Shown one piece after another: positions 7,917-17,065 of a DNA stretch of 64,000 bases. Position numbers and translations under genes: made by a program. How positions within the stretch are numbered: the first letter of the stretch is position 1; the number at the start of each line of letters is the position of its first letter. Location: the IMG/VR virus record IMGVR_UViG_3300007352_000001, positions 177,427 through 241,426 of that record. One strand, given 5' to 3'. The notes under the pieces are model-generated. The model was not told the DNA's origin. It ran no database searches and was given only the letters and a program-made list of their open reading frames with translations.

Positions 7917-9269
7917 GTGATGACGGAGCAACGACTCTCGGCGGACCAGCAGCTAGCCGCTGATACGGTGATGACGCGACCGGGTCCGTTCTTCCTGACG
8001 GGCGCCGCAGGCACCGGCAAGAGCTATGTCATCAACCACTTGCGTCGCACCGTGCGCGGCGTCGCGGTCTGCGCGATGACTGGCATGGCCGCGCAACTGA
8101 TCCGCGGCCGGACGCTGCACTCGTACGCCTCGATCCATCCGCGTCATGGCGTCGTGCCATCGCACAAGGCCGTCGAGCGCGTGCAGGCGACGAACCTGCT
8201 CATCATCGACGAGATCTCGATGGCGGACGTGAACCTGTTCATGCAGTTGCACTCGCGCTTCGATGCCTGCGAGTGGGTGCCGAAGGTGCTGATGGTCGGT
8301 GACTTGATGCAGCTGCCGCCAGTCGAGGGCGATCAGCTGATCAACTCGCCCTGGTGGCCGGAGGTCACGACGCTCGTGCTCACCGAGCCGCACCGCCAAC
8401 ACGAGCAGCACTTCATCGACGTGCTGAACGAGATCCGCGTCGGGCACGTGACCTCGAACGTGTTGAGCTTCCTCGCCGAGCGTTACGTCGACCGGCTCCC
8501 GGAAGATTGCACGCAGCTCTACGCGCACCGGCGCTCGGTCGACGACGAGAACACCCGCCGTCTGGATGCCTTGCCGGGGCAACCAACGCGCTTCGACTGG
8601 CAGGTGTACGGCGCGGGGCACTCGCGTTTCCGCACGCGGCAGGAAGAGAAAGACTTCCTCGCGCGCTTCGTGCAGCCTGATCGCGTCCGCTTCCCGGTCG
8701 AGCTGTTCGTGAAGGAACATGCGCGCGTCGTGCTGCTCACCAACGCCGACGAGTGGCGCAACGGTTCAACTGGTGTCGTGACGCAGATCGGTGAGGACTT
8801 CCTGCGTGTGCGACTTGACTGGAATGGTCGAGAGGTATCGGTTGGCCGCACCAATGAGGAAGTGTATCACGACGACGACAAGCCCGTGGCGTACGTCCGA
8901 CAGTTGCCAGTGCGGCTTGGGTGGGCGCTCACGGTGCACAAGGCACAGGGGATGACGATCGACCGCCTGGGCGTCGATTTGAATGGTCACTTCGCGCCTG
9001 GCCAGACGTACGTGGCGCTCAGTCGCGCGGCGACGTCGAGCGGGCTCTTCGTGACGGGGAAGTTGCAACGCTTGCAGGTGAACCAGTTCGCGCGAGCGAT
9101 CGAGGAGATGTCGCGTCGCTTGCATGATGAGCGGATGGCTGCCGGCGTGGCCGGGGTTGTGGTTGATGAGGAGGATGAGGATGTCGGCTTCTTTGGAGGA
9201 AGCACGCCAGTTTCGCGCATCAGTTTCCGCTGCCGCGGTCCTCGCGTGCGACTCGACTGCGTCACCTGA
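7917..9269 (+). CDS. RecD/Pif1-like SF1B DNA helicase
   Basis: GAAGTGKS, IIDEISM, GDLMQLPPV, HRQ, WALTVHKAQGMT, GQTYVALSR. Confidence 0.92.
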   Translation: MMTEQRLSADQQLAADTVMTRPGPFFLTGAAGTGKSYVINHLRRTVRGVAVCAMTGMAAQLIRGRTLHSYASIHPRHGVVPSHKAVERVQATNLLIIDEISMADVNLFMQLHSRFDACEWVPKVLMVGDLMQLPPVEGDQLINSPWWPEVTTLVLTEPHRQHEQHFIDVLNEIRVGHVTSNVLSFLAERYVDRLPEDCTQLYAHRRSVDDENTRRLDALPGQPTRFDWQVYGAGHSRFRTRQEEKDFLARFVQPDRVRFPVELFVKEHARVVLLTNADEWRNGSTGVVTQIGEDFLRVRLDWNGREVSVGRTNEEVYHDDDKPVAYVRQLPVRLGWALTVHKAQGMTIDRLGVDLNGHFAPGQTYVALSRAATSSGLFVTGKLQRLQVNQFARAIEEMSRRLHDERMAAGVAGVVVDEEDEDVGFFGGSTPVSRISFRCRGPRVRLDCVT

Positions 9270-9597
9270 CGCGCAGATCGCCCAGGTTCTCGCCGCCGTG
9301 CTCGCGGCGGTGCCCAACGAGGTGAAGCCGCTCGGCGGCGACGTCGCCGACCACGATCTGCATCCGTTGATCGTCGCGGCCGTGAACGACTTTGCCGGGT
9401 ACTTGAGCACTCAACCGGACTTCCACGTTGGGGAGACTCGTCACCCTGAACCGCTCATCTTGCGCATGAAAGAGTGGATGGAGAAGCGCGAGCTGCGCGA
9501 CACTGCGTGGTCCGGCGATTGGTTCTCGGTGCTGCCGAAGCGCACGATTGAGCTGTACCTGCTCGTCGCGATGCTCCAGGCCCGCAAGCTCGCATGA
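9181..9597 (+). CDS. hypothetical protein
   Basis: ATG after GAGG-rich tract; stop coupled to SbcC-N start. Confidence 0.55.
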   Translation: MSASLEEARQFRASVSAAAVLACDSTASPDAQIAQVLAAVLAAVPNEVKPLGGDVADHDLHPLIVAAVNDFAGYLSTQPDFHVGETRHPEPLILRMKEWMEKRELRDTAWSGDWFSVLPKRTIELYLLVAMLQARKLA

Positions 9598-10568
9598 TCG
9601 GCTCGGTCATACTCGAAGGATTCCAGGGACACATCAGCAGTCACCTGGAGTTCAGCCCAGGCGTCAACGTCGTTGTGGGTGAAGGCGACGTCGGCAAGAC
9701 GGCGGTGATGCGCGCAGTGCGTTGGGCGTTGGAGAACCGCCCAGCGGGGGACGGCTTTGTCTACCGCGGTTCGAGGAAGAAGCTCCCTTGTCGGGTGACG
9801 ATCAAGACAGCGCGTGGCGACACCATCATCCGTGAGCGCAAGCCGAAGAACCGCTACGTGGTGAACGAGACCGAGTTCACGACTGTCGGTCGCACCGTGC
9901 CCGACGAGGTACGTGCCGTTCTCGATCTCCAACCGATCAACGTGCAAGGCCAGTTGATCGGACAGTACTTCCTCGTGCTTGACAGCCCTGGGGAGATCTC
10001 ACGCTACCTGAGTGACCTCTACCACTTCGATGCGGCGACCGTGGCGAGCCAGCAGCTGAAGGAAGGTGCCCACCGCGCGACTCGGCAACAGCAGGATCTC
10101 GTCACCAAGCAGCACCAGCTGACGCAAACGCTCACGGCGTACGAGCCGCTCAGCGAGCTGGAGGCACCGATTGAACTGGCCGAGCAGTCGATCGCGGAGG
10201 TCGAAGAGGCGAAGCAACAGCAAGTGCGCTTGCAGACCTTGCTCAATCAGTTGGACACTGCTGAGCAGGACGCGGCGGTTGCCGCGCGCCTCGCGCAGCA
10301 GGACACGTCTCGCTTGACGCAGTACGCCACCTTGCTCGACTCCACGCTCACGCGACGCACGCAACTGGCCGAGCAGCTACAGCGGTTGCAACGCAGCCGA
10401 CAACAGGCTGCGACGCAGACAACAGCCGTCGAGCAGGCGTCGCGCAACGTCACCGAGGCCGTGATGAAGTACGAAGAGATTCTACGCCGCACTGCCACGT
10501 GTCCGACGTGCCTGCGGCCGATGTCGGAAGACGTCGTCTCGCACATGGTGCACGAGGTAGCAGCGTGA
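9594..10568 (+). CDS. SbcC/Rad50-like ATPase, N-terminal half (Walker A, coiled coil, zinc hook)
   Basis: LEGFQGH..LEFSPGVNVVVGEGDVGKTAVMRA; Q-loop; coiled coil; terminal CPTC. Confidence 0.85.
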   Translation: MIGSVILEGFQGHISSHLEFSPGVNVVVGEGDVGKTAVMRAVRWALENRPAGDGFVYRGSRKKLPCRVTIKTARGDTIIRERKPKNRYVVNETEFTTVGRTVPDEVRAVLDLQPINVQGQLIGQYFLVLDSPGEISRYLSDLYHFDAATVASQQLKEGAHRATRQQQDLVTKQHQLTQTLTAYEPLSELEAPIELAEQSIAEVEEAKQQQVRLQTLLNQLDTAEQDAAVAARLAQQDTSRLTQYATLLDSTLTRRTQLAEQLQRLQRSRQQAATQTTAVEQASRNVTEAVMKYEEILRRTATCPTCLRPMSEDVVSHMVHEVAA

Positions 10569-11542
10569 AGCCCGACGGGATGTGGGACTACCTCGTCCTC
10601 ATCGGCGATCTCCATCTGCGTGCGACCGCCCCTGTCTCGCGGATCGACGACTTCGTGGAGGCGCAGGCGCAGAAGGTGCGCGCCATCGTCAACATCGTGA
10701 AGGCACGTGAGGCGATCGCGGTTTTCACTGGGGACCTCTTCGATCGGCCGGATCCGCCGTACGCGCTCGTCAACCGCTACGTGCCGATCCTCAATGAGCT
10801 GGAGAGTTGCACCAAGTACGTCGTGCCTGGCAACCATGATGTGTACGGCGGCTCGTTGGCGACGCTCGGGCGCTCAGCGCTCGGCAATCTCGTCGCCCAC
10901 CGTTCGATCAACCTGCTCGGGCCGGAGCCGATGCGCTTCCGCGGACCGAGGGGTCCAGTGGCGCTCTTCGGAACGTCGTACATGCACCCGAACTGCCCGT
11001 CTCCAGACCCCGACTGCTCGCTCAACGTCCTCGTGGCGCACGAGATGATCGTTGAGAACCAGCTGTATCGCGAACAGGAAGACTTCACCCTGGTCGATCA
11101 GATCCTCCTCGACCGGCCAGGGTGGGACATGATCGTCTGCGGGCACTACCACTACCGCTTCTTGCGCGAATCGGGGACGACGCGGATCGTGAACCCAGGC
11201 GCCGTCGTGCGTGTCAAGGCGAGCGTTGGAGACCTCGCACTGGAGCCCGCAGTGTACGGGTGGAATCTGAACACTAACGAGCTGGAGTTGATCCCGTTGC
11301 CGCATCTGCCATCGAAGCAGGTTTTCCAGCCGGTCATTGTCGACGCTGGGAAGTCGCAGGAGCCAGAGGTGCTGCAGGCGTTGATGGCGCAGTTGCAGAC
11401 GCGCAACGATCAACGTCTGAGCCTGAGTGAAGTCGCGCATCGGGTGATGGCCGAGCGTGAGACTGAGGAGCCGGTACGGGCGCGTGTCCTCGATGCGTTG
11501 GCGGACGCCGAGGCCGGCTATGGCGCGGGGAGGAAGGCGTGA
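10565..11542 (+). CDS. SbcD/Mre11-like metallophosphoesterase nuclease
   Basis: GDLH, GDLFD, GNHD, GHYH, NPGA. Confidence 0.88.
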   Translation: MKPDGMWDYLVLIGDLHLRATAPVSRIDDFVEAQAQKVRAIVNIVKAREAIAVFTGDLFDRPDPPYALVNRYVPILNELESCTKYVVPGNHDVYGGSLATLGRSALGNLVAHRSINLLGPEPMRFRGPRGPVALFGTSYMHPNCPSPDPDCSLNVLVAHEMIVENQLYREQEDFTLVDQILLDRPGWDMIVCGHYHYRFLRESGTTRIVNPGAVVRVKASVGDLALEPAVYGWNLNTNELELIPLPHLPSKQVFQPVIVDAGKSQEPEVLQALMAQLQTRNDQRLSLSEVAHRVMAERETEEPVRARVLDALADAEAGYGAGRKA

Positions 11543-11841
11543 TGGACGACATCAACACGCTGCGGGCACGTGTGGCGTCGATGCGGCAGTTGCACGCGCA
11601 GGCGCAGCAGGACGCCGCGGCGAAGACCGCGGTGGTGCACACACTCCTGGAGCAGCTGCAAACCGAGTTCGGCTGCACTAGCGTGGAAGAGGGACAGCAG
11701 CTCCTGCAGCAGCTCGATCAGAAGGCGTCGACGTTGACCACGACGCTCACGCAGCTGCTGGCGGCGGTGGAGCAACAACTGGGTGGGGTGGAACGTGCGG
11801 GAGCAAGTCACAGCGGTTCGGCGACGGTACGAGCGGCTTAG
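11539..11841 (+). CDS. small coiled-coil protein
   Basis: heptad-rich 100 aa ORF between SbcD and SbcC-C. Confidence 0.65.
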   Translation: MMDDINTLRARVASMRQLHAQAQQDAAAKTAVVHTLLEQLQTEFGCTSVEEGQQLLQQLDQKASTLTTTLTQLLAAVEQQLGGVERAGASHSGSATVRAA

Positions 11842-12415
11842 TGAACGCCAGCGGCAAGTTGCCGCGGAGTTGACCACGACCGCGGCCTCGCTCGCCGCGC
11901 TGGCCGAGCAGTCGCGCGTCGAGCAACTGGCGCACGACACGGTCACGGCGATCGACATCGTCTATCGCAAGCTCGCGCTCGATCGTGTCGAGCAGCTTGT
12001 GACCATCGGCCTGCAGGCGATCTTCGAGCACGACTACGCGTTCCGTTTCCACGTCGAGCCGAAACGTGGCCAGGCCGAGACGACGATCATCATCTCGGAC
12101 CAGGGGAAGGATCTCGACCCTACGACGGAGATGGGTGGTAGCGTCGTCGATGTCGTTTCCTTGCTGTTGCGTGTCGTGCTGTGGACGCAGATGCACGAGC
12201 GCTCGGCGCCGCTTTTCTTGCTTGACGAGCCTGCCCGCATGGTGTCGGCGCAGTACCGGCCTGCCTTGGCAGCGTTCCTCCAGCGCCTCTCGAAGGAGCT
12301 GCAGGTGCAGTTCTTCATCGTGACCCACGAGCCAGCCATCGCGTCGTCGGCGGACCGCGTCTTCGAGGTCACGAAGGACGGCCAAGGGGTAAGTCATGTG
12401 GGGATTCTGCGGTGA
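11783..12415 (+). CDS. SbcC/Rad50-like ATPase, C-terminal half
   Basis: degenerate signature MGGSVVDVVSLLLR; Walker B LFLLDEP; H-loop IVTHE. Confidence 0.85.
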   Translation: MGWNVREQVTAVRRRYERLSERQRQVAAELTTTAASLAALAEQSRVEQLAHDTVTAIDIVYRKLALDRVEQLVTIGLQAIFEHDYAFRFHVEPKRGQAETTIIISDQGKDLDPTTEMGGSVVDVVSLLLRVVLWTQMHERSAPLFLLDEPARMVSAQYRPALAAFLQRLSKELQVQFFIVTHEPAIASSADRVFEVTKDGQGVSHVGILR

Positions 12416-12451
12416 AGTGTGGTACATACGGCATGGCGGTTGGGGTGGCGG

Positions 12452-13384
12452 ATGGACGGGACGGATCAGAACGCGTTGATGACGGCGCTCGCCGAGCGCA
12501 TCGACCAACTCGTATCGACCAATCCGCGTCTGCAGGCGCTCCTGACCCAGCTCGTCGAGAGCAAGCACATCTCCTCCATGCGTCGCACGTGGCTGCCGCG
12601 TCACCGTACGTTGCGACAGGCGCACGCCACCGACCCCGCGGCGTTCGGCCAGAAGGTTCTCACAGCCACGCAGACCCAGCGTGGGCTCGCCACCAAGCTG
12701 GAGAAGCAGCTGCACGACCAGATGCAGGCATCGCTCCGCGCGATCGAGACTTTGGCCTCGCAGCGCAACAAGATCCTCACCGGCTTGCCGAAGCTCACGC
12801 GCACCAAACAGACGCACGCCCGGCAACAGTCGCACGTGCTGGCGAGCCGTCAGCTTGGGATCGCGGCGAAGTTCAAGAACGATCTGCGGCAGTCCTACGT
12901 GAACGCATTCCTCGCCGGCATGCGCGCCTCGGGGCACCCCACACGCCCGACGCAAGAGGAGCTGCGCTGGGTCGACAGTGCGTGGAAGCACGAACTGCGC
13001 TACGTGAACCGGCTGGTCGGCGAGATCAGCCAAGGCACGCCGGTCGATCGGCTGCAGCATCGCATCAAGATGTACCCGCGCGTGGTACGCGCGATGTTCG
13101 ACGCCGGCCGCGTGGCTGGAGGGCACCCAGACGCGTTGATCTACTGGGAAGTCGACCACGACGCCGAACACTGCCCGGATTGTCTCTACCTGGAGTCCCT
13201 TGCACCGTTCACTGCGAAGACGTTGCCCACGACACCGCGGGCGGGGCTCTGTCGGTGCCTTGGCAACTGCAAGTGCCGGCTCGTCACGGTGCACGCGACC
13301 AATGCCGTGGTGCGCAAGCGTAACCGCGAACTACCTACACGGGAGGCGATCGTGCGGAAGATCCAATCGGCGCGGAGAGCCTGA
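12452..13384 (+). CDS. putative MuF/gp7-like minor head morphogenesis protein
   Basis: helical N-terminus; C-terminal W.....EHCPDC...P.P..G.C.CLGNCKC. Confidence 0.55.
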   Translation: MDGTDQNALMTALAERIDQLVSTNPRLQALLTQLVESKHISSMRRTWLPRHRTLRQAHATDPAAFGQKVLTATQTQRGLATKLEKQLHDQMQASLRAIETLASQRNKILTGLPKLTRTKQTHARQQSHVLASRQLGIAAKFKNDLRQSYVNAFLAGMRASGHPTRPTQEELRWVDSAWKHELRYVNRLVGEISQGTPVDRLQHRIKMYPRVVRAMFDAGRVAGGHPDALIYWEVDHDAEHCPDCLYLESLAPFTAKTLPTTPRAGLCRCLGNCKCRLVTVHATNAVVRKRNRELPTREAIVRKIQSARRA

Positions 13385-13707
13385 TGCGGCTCGTGAACCT
13401 GACCCCGGTGGCGATCGTCATCGAAACCCCGAGTGGGCAGCGCGTGCTCGAACCGTCCGGGCGCGTCGCGCGTCTGAACACCGTGCAAGAGCCTGACGAG
13501 AGCGTCGACGGCGTCGAATGCGTCCGCACCAGGATCCGTGAGGTTCTCGGACTGCCGGAGGCGACGGTGGGCGTGGTCTACGTTGTCTCGCCACTCGTCG
13601 GACAGTTCGCCCACCGCCACGACGTCGTCTGCCCGGACACCGGCCCGACGGCCATTCGTGATGCTGACGGAAAGCTGATCGCCGTGCGGCAGATGCAGCG
13701 CTTCTGA
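13384..13707 (+). CDS. conserved phage hypothetical protein
   Basis: VNLTP...PSGRVAR...GLP....V.YVVS...PDTGPTAIRD pattern. Confidence 0.7.
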   Translation: MRLVNLTPVAIVIETPSGQRVLEPSGRVARLNTVQEPDESVDGVECVRTRIREVLGLPEATVGVVYVVSPLVGQFAHRHDVVCPDTGPTAIRDADGKLIAVRQMQRF

Positions 13708-13715
13708 GGGAGATC

Positions 13716-13982
13716 ATGGGGGACAAGACACGAGGGTTGTACGGCAAGTTCTACGTCGCGCGCGTGGACGAGTCCGACATGCCTGGTGGAAAGCACCAAG
13801 GATGCGACTACTTCGTGCTCGACCTCTCTCACGACCCGTACGCTGGTCCGGCGATCCAGGCGTACATCGACGCGTGCAAAGACGAGTACCCACTGCTCGC
13901 CGAGGATCTCCGCAAGAAGCACCTCGGTGAAAAACGTCCGGCGCAGGGAGTCGCCACGGACGCCGAACCGGAGGACGCATGA
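13716..13982 (+). CDS. conserved phage hypothetical protein
   Basis: GLYGKFYV...YFVLDL.HDPYA.PA..AY pattern; SD GGAG. Confidence 0.7.
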   Translation: MGDKTRGLYGKFYVARVDESDMPGGKHQGCDYFVLDLSHDPYAGPAIQAYIDACKDEYPLLAEDLRKKHLGEKRPAQGVATDAEPEDA

Positions 13983-15136
13983 CCAACGTCAACATCAAGC
14001 TGCCAATCCTCGACATTGAGGATTACGACATCCCGCACGAACGTGCCGGCCAGGTGAGCAACGAGATCCAAGGCTCGGTGCAGTACGCGTTCATCGGTTC
14101 CGGTCAGGGTGGTTGTCGCTTGGCGCGTGAGTTCTACCACCTCGGCTACCGCAAGACGCTCTGCTTGAACACGGCGCCGCAGGACCTGCTGCTGGTCGAC
14201 TTGCCGGATACGCAGAAGCTCCTGCTCGACATCGGTCAAGGCGGTGCCGGCAAGAACATGGAGCGTGGCGAGAAGGCCGCGGTGGCGCACCGGCAGGAGA
14301 TCTACGATCTCATGCGGCGAGTCTTCGGCAAGGTCGACCACATCATCATCTGCGCCTCGGCCGGTGGCGGCTCGGGTGGCGGGAGCGTGTTCGCGCTCAT
14401 CATGGTCGCCAAGCGGTACCTGCGTTACATCGGCTACGACGATGTCGACCAGCGCGTCGGCGTGATGGTGACGCTGCCGACGCGCGGCGAAGCCAGCTCG
14501 CCGAAGGTGGCGGTCAACGCCTACGACCTAGTGCAGCGGCTCTCTGATCTCGCCGAGGCCAAGCAGGTCACGCCGCTGATCATCATCGACAATGACAAGA
14601 TCAAGCAGCTGTACTCGGGACTGCCGGTGGCGACGTTCTGGCCGACGCTCAACAAGAACGTCGCGCAACTCTTCGACGCCTTCAATCGACTCTCGACGCA
14701 GAACTCGCCGTACACCACGTTCGATCCCGAGGACTACCGTACGATTATCACTGGCGGCGGTCACTGCATCTTCGGGCTCACGACCGTGAAGGGCATGGAC
14801 ACCGAGACGGTCGAGGAGACACGGATCTCGAACGCCCTGAAGGCCAACTTGGAGAAAACACTCCTGGCCGGAGGTTTCGATATCACCACGGCGACGCACG
14901 CGGCGTGCTGCGTGGTCGGCGGCGAGCAGATGTTCGCCCAGCAGGCCGGGCTTCAGGATGCGATCGAGTACGCGTTCGACACCCTGACGCAGATGACCGG
15001 GGAGGCGATGGTGCACCGCGGCATCTACCAATCGGAGCGTGAGCTGTTGCTCGCCTACACCATCTTGAGTGGACTCAAGCGACCTGATGAGCGGTACTTG
15101 GAGTTGAGCCGGCAGGCGCAGCGCGCATACCCATGA
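13979..15136 (+). CDS. tubulin/FtsZ-family GTPase (PhuZ/TubZ-like)
   Basis: FIGSGQGGCRLA (T1), GGAGKN, SAGGGSGGGS (T4 signature variant), IIIDND, FDPED. Confidence 0.88.
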   Translation: MTNVNIKLPILDIEDYDIPHERAGQVSNEIQGSVQYAFIGSGQGGCRLAREFYHLGYRKTLCLNTAPQDLLLVDLPDTQKLLLDIGQGGAGKNMERGEKAAVAHRQEIYDLMRRVFGKVDHIIICASAGGGSGGGSVFALIMVAKRYLRYIGYDDVDQRVGVMVTLPTRGEASSPKVAVNAYDLVQRLSDLAEAKQVTPLIIIDNDKIKQLYSGLPVATFWPTLNKNVAQLFDAFNRLSTQNSPYTTFDPEDYRTIITGGGHCIFGLTTVKGMDTETVEETRISNALKANLEKTLLAGGFDITTATHAACCVVGGEQMFAQQAGLQDAIEYAFDTLTQMTGEAMVHRGIYQSERELLLAYTILSGLKRPDERYLELSRQAQRAYP

Positions 15137-15498
15137 GTGACGACGACGACTTCGCACAGCTCGTGCAGAAGACCTTGGCGCCGCTGGTACAGGTGAAGGA
15201 CTTCACCATCCAGAAGCGTCGCGTCCAGGTCGTGTTCGACTTCTTGAACATGAACTCGTTCGTCGAGAAGCAGCTCGACCAAGCGTTGCGGATCTGGCAG
15301 GCACGCTACCCGGGCGCTGGTCTGTCGATCATCCCCGAGAACGAGAACTACCGCGTCCGCTACCCGTTCCACCGTGAAGAGTTCGAGACCATGGGTAAGG
15401 CGATCCTAGTCTCGGGCCAGCACGCCAGACCAGCCCCTGGCAAGGTCACTATCAACGTTGGCGAGATTCGCCGCTTAACCGACAACGAGGAGGAGTGA
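15133..15498 (+). CDS. hypothetical protein
   Basis: coupled to tubulin gene (ATGA). Confidence 0.7.
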   Translation: MSDDDDFAQLVQKTLAPLVQVKDFTIQKRRVQVVFDFLNMNSFVEKQLDQALRIWQARYPGAGLSIIPENENYRVRYPFHREEFETMGKAILVSGQHARPAPGKVTINVGEIRRLTDNEEE

Positions 15499-15665
15499 TG
15501 TCGGACGACGATGAGTGGGAAGACGACGACTGGGAAGACGACGATGATGACGAGTTCCTGTGCGGTGGGTGCAAACAGGATCAGCCAGCCAGCTGCCGGT
15601 GCGACGAGTGCGATCTCTGCCCAGACTGTTGTGACTGCGACGACGAAGAAGATGAGGAGTGGTGA
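15498..15665 (+). CDS. 55-aa hyperacidic Cys-rich microprotein (absent from ORF track)
   Basis: TGATG coupling, GAGGAG SD; MSDDDEWEDDDWEDDDDDEFLCGGCKQDQPASCRCDECDLCPDCCDCDDEEDEEW. Confidence 0.7.
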   Translation: MSDDDEWEDDDWEDDDDDEFLCGGCKQDQPASCRCDECDLCPDCCDCDDEEDEEW

Positions 15666-15713
15666 ATAGCACGAGGCCGTGCTATGCCGCGCAACGGGTG
15701 AGGAGAGCGGACA

Positions 15714-15959
15714 GTGGTGAGGTGGTGGCGGCGAACACGGAACCGGCTCGGGCGCATCGCGCGCACGGCCGTCGAATCCCTCGTGGTCGTTTCGTCGATC
15801 GCGTTGCGCGCCTGGTTGTCGCGGCAGTGGCGCGACGCGATCGCCTACCACATCATCGTCGCCCTTGGGTATCGCGTACCGGTGTGGAACGGTGACGTCC
15901 ACGAGGAACGTGACAGTGAGCGAAGCATCCGCATCACCACAATCGAACTTCGGGACTGA
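15714..15959 (+). CDS. hypothetical protein
   Basis: 81 aa ORF with upstream AGGAG. Confidence 0.4.
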   Translation: MVRWWRRTRNRLGRIARTAVESLVVVSSIALRAWLSRQWRDAIAYHIIVALGYRVPVWNGDVHEERDSERSIRITTIELRD

Positions 15960-15972
15960 GGGGAGTTGGGGG

Positions 15973-16710
15973 ATGGTAGAAGGGCAAGAGGTCGAGATCT
16001 ACCGGTCTATGTTGCAGCCGTTCGCGCTGCAGAAGTGCAGCGTGCAGAACCTGTACTTGGCGCCGGGTAACTCTACGCAAGGGCTCGACCGATCACTGCT
16101 CGGTGCGCTCTTCGACCGCCGCGTCCCGTTCTGGACCAACGTCAAGCGTCGTGGCCGTGACCTGTTGCTGGAGTTCGAGCGCATCTCCCTGCTCATCCGC
16201 GGCGGTTTCACTGTGCATGTGAACGAGCCCGCGTCGAAGGACGATGTGGTGCGGCTCTACTTGGGGCACACCGCGGACACCAGCCGTCCACCGCAGGCGC
16301 GAGCGCAGCGCATTGCCGTGCGCCCAAACGGCAAGATGCGGGTGACGTTGCTCTCGCCGGAAATGTACGCCGCGATCTATCGACGCTTCGGGAGTGACGT
16401 GCTCTCGCAGGCGGTCGACGTGCCCCAGCTCTACGACGACAGCCGTGAACTGGGGAAGCCGATCGGGGCGTACCTGCTCGATCAGAACAACGTCGCCGGG
16501 ATCGGCCCGCGGACCGCGGTAGAAGCGATCGTGGTGATGGCGCAGTGCGACTTGTCCACGCCTGTGCGGGAGCTGACACCAGAACAGTTTGGGACGTGCG
16601 TGTTCGGCGCACAGCTTGTGGCGATCACCGCGCTCGTCCAGCAGGTACGGAAGGGAGAGGCATACCCCTACCGCTTGCCAGCGGAGACCGAGACAGCAGA
16701 CCGGCAATGA
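15973..16710 (+). CDS. Fpg/Nei-like DNA glycosylase, divergent (Val2, no C-terminal zinc finger)
   Basis: N-terminus MVEGQEVE (cf. MPEGPEV); V.RRGR.L; H2TH LLDQNNVAGIG. Confidence 0.7.
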   Translation: MVEGQEVEIYRSMLQPFALQKCSVQNLYLAPGNSTQGLDRSLLGALFDRRVPFWTNVKRRGRDLLLEFERISLLIRGGFTVHVNEPASKDDVVRLYLGHTADTSRPPQARAQRIAVRPNGKMRVTLLSPEMYAAIYRRFGSDVLSQAVDVPQLYDDSRELGKPIGAYLLDQNNVAGIGPRTAVEAIVVMAQCDLSTPVRELTPEQFGTCVFGAQLVAITALVQQVRKGEAYPYRLPAETETADRQ

Positions 16711-16723
16711 AGGGGGTAGTCCA

Positions 16724-16999
16724 GTGGCACAGTCGAAGGGAGTAGATCGTGGGTTCATCGACCCCAACGACAGCTCACGGTACGTGATGCACGGGCATCG
16801 GGAGCTGAAGATCCCCAAGCGGTGGGAGGAACTCACGCCGGGGATGTTCTTGGCGATCATGGACGACATCGCCAATCGCTACCCGTTCTTGAACACGAAG
16901 GATCTGAAGTCGACGCTCGAAGGGATCCGCGAGGAGATGGCGCAGATGCGCAAGCTCATGCAGCAGCTCGTCGACTTGGAAACAGAGCTGGGCGACTAG
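16724..16999 (+). CDS. hypothetical protein
   Basis: GTG after AGGGGG; C-terminal coiled coil. Confidence 0.6.
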   Translation: MAQSKGVDRGFIDPNDSSRYVMHGHRELKIPKRWEELTPGMFLAIMDDIANRYPFLNTKDLKSTLEGIREEMAQMRKLMQQLVDLETELGD

Positions 17000-17065
17000 C
17001 CGATCTGTTCCGCGACCGTCACGTTTCGCGACCGTCGGCAACGTCGCCCAACAACCCCATGGGAG

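Noticed and set aside
17011-17036. CGCGACCGTC direct repeat upstream of the MazG-like gene
   Set aside because: Only two 10-bp GC-rich copies. It could be an operator but is not distinguishable from chance.
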